A program made the translations under genes and the position numbers. Positions 52,661-64,000 of a stretch of DNA of 64,000 bases are shown one piece after another. Location: assembly GCF_000143415.4 (NCBI RefSeq), contig NW_003314266.1, forward strand, positions 3,875,674-3,939,673, written 5' to 3'. Source of the DNA: Selaginella moellendorffii (taxonomy: Eukaryota > Plantae > Lycopodiophyta). Positions within the stretch are counted from its first letter, which is position 1; the number at the start of each line of letters is the position of its first letter. The notes under the pieces are model-generated. The model was not told where the DNA came from and searched no databases. It saw only the letters and a list, made by a program, of their open reading frames with translations.

Positions 52661-54637
52661 TTACCTCAATGAAGCACTGGAACTATTCGTGTTTAGAGCG
52701 AGCACAAGGTCTGATGAGAATCTATTCCTTCGCATTTCTTCCTCACTTAGCAGCTCCTGGAGCTCTCTTGTTGCCGCAGTGAGTCGGGCCTCGTCCACAA
52801 ACGGTAGCTTCACGACTCCTTTCCAGGCCTTCTTCGATCCGGTGTAGTCGACTTCGAAAGCTCCCGGGTAGAAATCAGCGATGGGAGAGGCTGGATCGAG
52901 CATTAGCTTCTGGTAGCAGGCCGGAAGAGCAGTGGAACTTTGCGGTGGTAGCACGGCCAGGAGCTGCTCCAGAGGCTTGAGTGGCTCACCGAGAGTGGGA
53001 TGGAAGACAAAGCCAGAGATTCTTTCGGAGAAGTCCGAGGCAAACGGTGCGTAGTAGTAAGGGTAGTACCATCGCCAGGAGCTCACGCCGTGGTAGTAGT
53101 AGCGGAGGATCCATGCAAGGCCTTCCAGGTACTTGAGCACCACCTTGGCACTCTCGCTCTCGGCCACCTCGAGCTTGAGGGAGTAGTACCTCGTCTTCCA
53201 TCCTGGCGAGCCGAGATCACTCCTGTCCATCTTGAGCTGGATGTTGAATTCGCGATCTTGGTTCCTGGTAAGTTGCGTCCTCACTTTCAGTTTTAGCAGC
53301 TCCAAGGTTCTGTGCTGCTCGTCGAGCTCGTGATTTTCAGGACTGGATGGCTGAGGTTCTTCACTTTGCTCGAGTTCCAAGTGATCTACGACAGTGTTAT
53401 CCAGTTCCAGAGCTACGTCTTCACCGTTTTCTAGATCCCAGACCTCTTCCGGAACCTCCACGACGTGATCTTCTTGGTCTACTCGACTTGGAGCTCCAGC
53501 AAACTCTCGTCTTCTTCTGGTACGTCTCGGCCTTTTCCTCCTCTCTTTCTTCTTATACTTGTTCTTGAGGAAGCCTTCTTCGCTGGCAGCTATGGCGGAG
53601 AAGAAGTGTGCCACACTCGGTAAGTTCATTTCACCGTTTCTCGTGAGATAGTCACCCATTTGCGTGAACTCGGTTGTGTAGATGGTGATCATCGAGTCGA
53701 TAGCCCCATCGTCAATCAGCAAAGTTGGAATGTGAGGGAGAAAATCGTTGCCGATCAAGCAGCACATAAACACAAAGTCGTCTATCACCCGCTCGTCATC
53801 GATCTCAAACGGTGGACACTCGGCCACTCTCATTCTCTGGACGAGGCATTCGCGTAGCAGCGAAAGATCGAGGAACTCAAATCCAGTAGCAACGTTTTCC
53901 TGCCGCTGGCTCGTCCACTCTCGAGATTCACGCAAGATGGAGAAGTTCTGCTCGTGAGTGGCGAGTGTCAGGAGGATCAAATCAGCGTCGGCTCCAAAAA
54001 CACAGTGGCTGGTCTCCGGATCATACTCTCCAGAGTGGTTTTTCCTCTTCCCGCAAATGAAGCTCATGATCTTGTGCTCTCCCTCTCCAGGAACGCTCGA
54101 GTCGGAGAGTATCACTTGGAGGCCCTTCCACGAAGCGCTGGTGGCGAGACGAAGATTTACGTACTCTCGCAGAGCAGCGGAGAGATCGGCCATGAACTTC
54201 GTCCCGGGAGTGATCACATTCGAGTCTTCCAATCCAGATCCTCTCCCGGGAGGCGGGAGAGCTCTCCCCTCGGCGGCAAATCGCCCACGAAGTTTTTCCT
54301 CGGCAGCGGTAGCATCGGCGGCCTCTCTAGCGGCCACAAATCTCCGCGCGCGCTGCTGGTTCATCTTTGCGCGCGGAGCCACGCCATCCACGGCCAAGAA
54401 CAAGAGCTTCCTGGGACGAACAAGCTCCACCACAGCGTCTATGTAAGCTCCAATCCCCTGGAATACCTCGTCTTGCGTGGTCGGCAATGGGCGGCCATCG
54501 CTGCCGCTGGGATGAAAGCACGAATGGACGATGGAATTCATGTCCAAGTAGAGATTGTCGTGGCACTGCCCGGAGCTCGCCCCCACTACCGCTGGAAACG
54601 CGCGACAAAGCCATCCAAAGAACGAAGGAATCCCCAT
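52661..54637 (-). CDS. XRN-family 5'-3' exoribonuclease, intronless, catalytic core only
   Basis: MGIPSFFGW, LYLDMN, DGVAPRAKMNQQR, DSNVITPGT, PGEGEHKI, GADADLI, GNDFLPH, SWRWYYPYYYAPFASD, QLLAVLPP, WKGVVKLPFVDE. Confidence 0.92.
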   Translation of the reverse strand: MGIPSFFGWLCRAFPAVVGASSGQCHDNLYLDMNSIVHSCFHPSGSDGRPLPTTQDEVFQGIGAYIDAVVELVRPRKLLFLAVDGVAPRAKMNQQRARRFVAAREAADATAAEEKLRGRFAAEGRALPPPGRGSGLEDSNVITPGTKFMADLSAALREYVNLRLATSASWKGLQVILSDSSVPGEGEHKIMSFICGKRKNHSGEYDPETSHCVFGADADLILLTLATHEQNFSILRESREWTSQRQENVATGFEFLDLSLLRECLVQRMRVAECPPFEIDDERVIDDFVFMCCLIGNDFLPHIPTLLIDDGAIDSMITIYTTEFTQMGDYLTRNGEMNLPSVAHFFSAIAASEEGFLKNKYKKKERRKRPRRTRRRREFAGAPSRVDQEDHVVEVPEEVWDLENGEDVALELDNTVVDHLELEQSEEPQPSSPENHELDEQHRTLELLKLKVRTQLTRNQDREFNIQLKMDRSDLGSPGWKTRYYSLKLEVAESESAKVVLKYLEGLAWILRYYYHGVSSWRWYYPYYYAPFASDFSERISGFVFHPTLGEPLKPLEQLLAVLPPQSSTALPACYQKLMLDPASPIADFYPGAFEVDYTGSKKAWKGVVKLPFVDEARLTAATRELQELLSEEEMRRNRFSSDLVLALNTNSSSASLR

Positions 54638-54839
54638 AAACCCTAACTTTCAGTTAAATTCAAAATTGAAGGGCACAAAATAACCGGTATATTCTATGAT
54701 CTATCTAAGAATCCATTTCATTTCTTCATTATTTGGTTTAGATTGTATATAGACTCATTTCTGTTCCCATTGTACGTGTTGTTTCCTTTTCATCCACGGT
54801 TTTTTAGTGGTTTTAGGTCTTTGGCTTGAATCTAGATGA

Positions 54840-54920
54840 TAGCAATGTTGTGCAGAAGATAAGATGGTATCATCTTGACAGCAATGTTGTGCAGAAGATA
54901 AGATGTTATCACCTTGACAT
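54840..54920. repeat. 39-nt tandem duplication
   Basis: agcaatgttgtgcagaagataagatg(g/t)tatca(t/c)cttgac occurs twice. Confidence 0.9.
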
Positions 54921-55999
54921 ATAGTATTTTAAAATCTAAAATATATCTTTGGCCAAAGCGTAGCTGCAAATTCTGTGAAAGCTAAGAAAACATTCCGGTG
55001 GTCACTGTGCAGGAGAAGTGACACCAGCAGGTCTGTGTTTGCTCCACGTACTTGCCAAAGCAATTCTGCTCGTCCTCGATAAGCTTGCCACACTCTTTGC
55101 GATTCTCGTCAATCAGCTTCGAAAACATAGTCTTTGCATTTAGGAGACGTGCATACTTTGTATCATTGATCAATGCGCACATTTTTTGGTCCAACCACAA
55201 CCATTGCACAATGTAACGCTAGCCCGGGGTTGCATACAAGTTTCAGCGATTTTCAACAGAAAGACACAAGCATTTGGACGGTGGCCCAGGCAATCGCCTG
55301 CTTTTTCAACCATCATAAAGAGGACCCCGTCAGACGGATGTTGTTGAGTTTCATCTTCATTTCGGAGTGCAGCGCCTCAACCTGGGCACCCAGGGTATGC
55401 ATCACGTCCACGAGATGTCCCAGGTTCATCGAAGCCAGCTTCTGCCCCATGCTCTCGAAGTCTTCCTTGATGCGACCAGGTACTTGCCGACGAGTCAAAC
55501 TCGTCTTTTTCTTCGCATCGAACAAGAAATCCTTGCCCGTAGAGGGTTACTTATCTCGCAGACCGGCTAAAGCTGCCGAGCAAGTTTCCAGGAGACCTTG
55601 ACGCCGTATTATCCGGGGCGAATCTAGATGCGATTCTTGTCCATGGCGGCAATCTAATTCCTTAAAAGAAAGGAACGCAAACAATTGCCTTGATCTCTTT
55701 CCCGATAGGCTTGCAACATCGGCATGATTTTTTAACATGTACCCTTTGCGTTTACGAGACGTGCATACTCCCTTGTTGGGTTCTTTTGTCTCAAGCAAGC
55801 AGAACGTCACCCATTCTTCATCTGTGCAAGGAAGAAAAAATAAGAAAATTCATTAGTGTGCTTGCCACCTTGAGAAGGTATTTGACTGATCGGTCCTCCC
55901 AATCCGTAGAAGAAGAATGGATCTAGAACAAGGTGACACTTTGACATATGCAACACATTCTATAGAACATTCTGACGTCTCGGGGCGACGGTAGTTAAT

Positions 56000-56860
56000 G
56001 TGCAGAAAGCTGGACAATGCCGCAGTACGACTTTTCCATGGAAGGCCTGCCGCATCTCCCTCGGTTCCAAGCTTCTGTCGAGGTGAATGGCCTCAAATAC
56101 GACTCGGAGGATGGTTTTCCAGACCTCAAGGCCGCCAAGCACAGCGCCGCCAACAAGGCCCTGGATGCGCTCAATGGGCCTACTTCAGCCGATGGCTCCC
56201 TGATACGATCGCTTGAATCTCACGGTTTTCGTCTTCCTGAGCGGGTAAAGACCGGGCTTTGCAAGAGTGAGCTCCAAGAGCACGCATCAAGTGGAGATCA
56301 AAGGACCGAGTCACAAGTCAGAGTTTGAAGCAACTGTGGAGATCGGTATTTTTTTCTACAAGGGTGGTACTGCCAAGAACAAGAAAGATGCCGAGGCGAA
56401 AGCCGCACGAACAGCGGCCCTGCAGGTAAGGCAGGCTTCTCTTTTTCTCTTTTATTCCATCTCTTCATCTCATTTTATTCTTTTCCTTTCTTCCACCACA
56501 GTCTGGGAAGAAACGAGTGAGAGCTGCAGTCTGGGAAGAAACGAGTGGGAGCTGCAAAGAACAAGATCGGGAAAGGTTTCATCACAGCCTGGGAAGGAAC
56601 GAGTGAGAGCTGCAAAGAACAAGGATCCCAATCTTCTCAAACCAAAAGCAAGAAAAAGAGCCAACGATTAATTGCACAGCACGCTGGTACAAATCGTGCT
56701 TGAGCTCCTGGAGAGCGAGAGCGAGCCAAGAGAGAGAATAGACAATCAAGAGAGAAGCTATGGGAGATGTAACAACTAGAACTATTGGTGTTACAAGGTC
56801 TGATGAGAATCTTTGCATTTCTTCTTCACTTCTAAGCTGCTCTTCACTCGAAAGCACGAT
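56000..56860 (+). pseudogene. decayed duplicate of the HYL1-like gene plus the 3' tip of XRN
   Basis: PQYDFSMEGLPHLPRFQASVEVNG with frameshifts and a shortened first intron; acaaggtctgatgagaatct..cgcatttcttc matches 52704-52760. Confidence 0.85.
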
Positions 56861-57033
56861 GTGACAATGGAACTTGTCCAATTTCGTGGCGATGCCCGCT
56901 TTCAAACTTGAAAGAGAAGCTATATTGCCATAACCCTAACTTTAAAACATAATATTCGTGGTTTAGGGCTTTTCAATTAAAAGAGTGAAGGAGGGAAGGC
57001 TATGGCGGCTTAGGGTACCGGGGAGCGAGCGCG

Positions 57034-62146
<5,113 letters not shown>

Positions 62147-62444
62147 CTTTTCGGGACTTGGGAAAGAGTTTGGTCCCTCTCTTTCTTTTCCTTTCCTCTC
62201 TTACTCGCGTATACGCTTTGTGCAGCTGACTGACTCTTAACAGCGCTTCGTTTTGTAAATTTTCACAAGCTCTACTAAATACGATCTTTGGATGTTTTTG
62301 TCAGTTGTACACCCTTTCTTCTTGGCAAACTCCGAGCCAGAAAGTTTCTCGACTGAGGTATCAGATTGATTGAGTCGCATTATTCCATAAACTAGTGCGT
62401 CTAATGGACTCGTTTGTGAAAAAAGAGCCGATTTTTCTGTCCAC

Positions 62445-63816
62445 ATGAGTCTGTTCCTTCCAGGTTTCCAGTACAAGGCGCCCTCTTCGTTGCACTCCCA
62501 GTTTCATCGCTCCAATGTCAAGGTAAAACACAAAGCTTTCATTGCGAGGGACTTAAATGTTTTCCGCACAGATGTGTATCAATTCGATCGGAGTGCTCAG
62601 GCCTCGAGCTGCTCGGCCAATTCCAAATCTTTTAGCGGATGATTTCAGGCATCCTCTGGACCAGCAGGTGCTCAATTTCTGCAAGTCATTGTCTCTAGCC
62701 AGTGAATTTTTTTATGCAGAACACGGCAATCTTGCGGGTCATTCCAGGACTTCCTGAGATTGGAAAGCTTATTCTAGGTGGACTTTAACGCTTGTCGATT
62801 TGATTTTTTATTAAGAGTTTTTATTCTGTCAAGCAGGGCCTGTGGCAGAGCAAGTGATGCTCTTAGAGAACATAGCTAGTTCTGTCAAAGTTAACGACAA
62901 ACAGGTACCAATCCTTCTGAAGTTCTTTTAGTCTTTTCTAATGACTTCTGTTCCAGCTGCCTCATCTTCATGACTTAATCACAGAGGCTTCTACCATACT
63001 CGGGTTGGAATCGCCTCCAGATTTGTATGTTCGGCAGAATCCCGTTCCAAATGCCTACACTTTGGCCATCGCCGGAAAAAAGCCATTCATTGTGTTGCAT
63101 ACAAGCATCATAGAGCTTCTCAAGCCAGCTGAGCTTCAGGTCAGTAGTTTTTCGTTTTGGTTGTGTACGTCTCTCAAGTGTTAAACTACAGGCAGTGATT
63201 GCTCACGAACTTGGTCACCTGAAATGCGATCATGGCATATGGCTAACGTTTGCAAACATTCTTGCAATGGGAGCCTACTCCCTGCCCGGTAATTATCTAA
63301 AACTTTTTCCAGTCCAAAGCTTACAGTTTCGATTGACGATCAAGCAGGATTGGGAACTGTTATTGCTCGCAATCTCGAAGAGCAGATATTTAGATGGGTG
63401 AGAGCTGCCGAACTAACTTGTGATCGAGCAGCTCTTCTCGTGGTTCGTGATCCCGACGTAAGTAGTAAAAACTCTCTTCATTTCTCCGTGCTGATGGTTG
63501 TCTGAGAACTTTCAGGTGGTGATCTCTTTGCTAATGAAACTCTCAGGTGGATGCCCATCACTTGCAAACCAGCTAAACGTCCAAGAGTTTCTGAAACAAG
63601 CTCGTTCGTACGACGAGGCTTCCGCCAGTCCTCTAGGATGGTATCTCAGGCGAGTGATATATCCTCGGATCATTGCCTATCGCTCTCTCACACTTTCTCA
63701 ACAGGAACGCTCAAACGAGGCAGCTCTCGCATCCATTGCCAGTCTTGAGAGCTCGGGAGATCGATCAATGGGGTCGAAGCACCCAATACAAAGCATTAGT
63801 GGCTCGTAAGTTCTAG
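62445..63816 (+). CDS. M48 family zinc metallopeptidase (plastid PGM48-like)
   Basis: DDFRHPLDQQ, YVRQNPVPNAYT, AVIAHELGHLKCDHG (HExxH), RAAELTCDRAA, SHPLPVLRAREID. Confidence 0.9.
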
Positions 63817-63903
63817 CAAATTCTTACACAATTTCCAGGACACAGAGCTGTACATACGATAGAATGAATAGAATAAATAAGCGAACTATATCCATAGCGG
63901 TTC

Positions 63904-63953
63904 TTAGTTGAAGTCTTCTGGAACAACAGGATACGAAGCGCAAGTAGCAATGC
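63904..63953 (-). CDS. last exon of an aleurain/cathepsin H-like papain cysteine protease (rest beyond window)
   Basis: After a ttgctttcag acceptor the exon reads (G)IATCASYPVVPEDFN*, the typical aleurain C-terminus. Confidence 0.7.
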
Positions 63954-64000
63954 CTGAAAGCAAGAAAAACTTTTCACTAGGAAAAAGAGTGATGATGAAT

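Noticed and set aside
53954-54646. 230-aa and 162-aa plus-strand ORFs
   Set aside because: Antisense shadows of the GC-rich XRN coding sequence.

Overview
This is gene-dense eukaryotic nuclear DNA from a plant. The very short (about 45-80 nt) GT-AG introns, a PLS-class PPR gene, an AUX1/LAX gene and a legumin-like cupin suggest a lycophyte such as Selaginella (inference). The left 41 kb is a dynamic, duplication-rich region. It holds USP-kinase, DUF569, PPR, CYP71-clan P450, HPCA1-like LRR-RLK and 11S-globulin-like genes, plus deletion-riddled copies of them. These copies are best explained by a tandem duplication followed by a ~9 kb inversion. Further along are a decayed bulb-lectin kinase, a (TA)n microsatellite and a 2 kb AT-rich island carrying two intronless, stop-interrupted ORFs that the ORF track misses (possible endogenous viral relic). 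Next come an intron-containing but bacterial-type Zn alcohol dehydrogenase (HGT candidate) and a ~5.7 kb tandem array of a B3-like ORF, RLK remnants and F-box genes. The right 23 kb is mostly conserved housekeeping genes: AUX1/LAX with a long regulatory region, organellar IF3, HYL1-like DRB, an intronless XRN exoribonuclease, SMC3 (with an AT-AC U12 intron), an M48 peptidase and the last exon of an aleurain-like protease. All family calls come from motif recognition by eye; no database searches were run.
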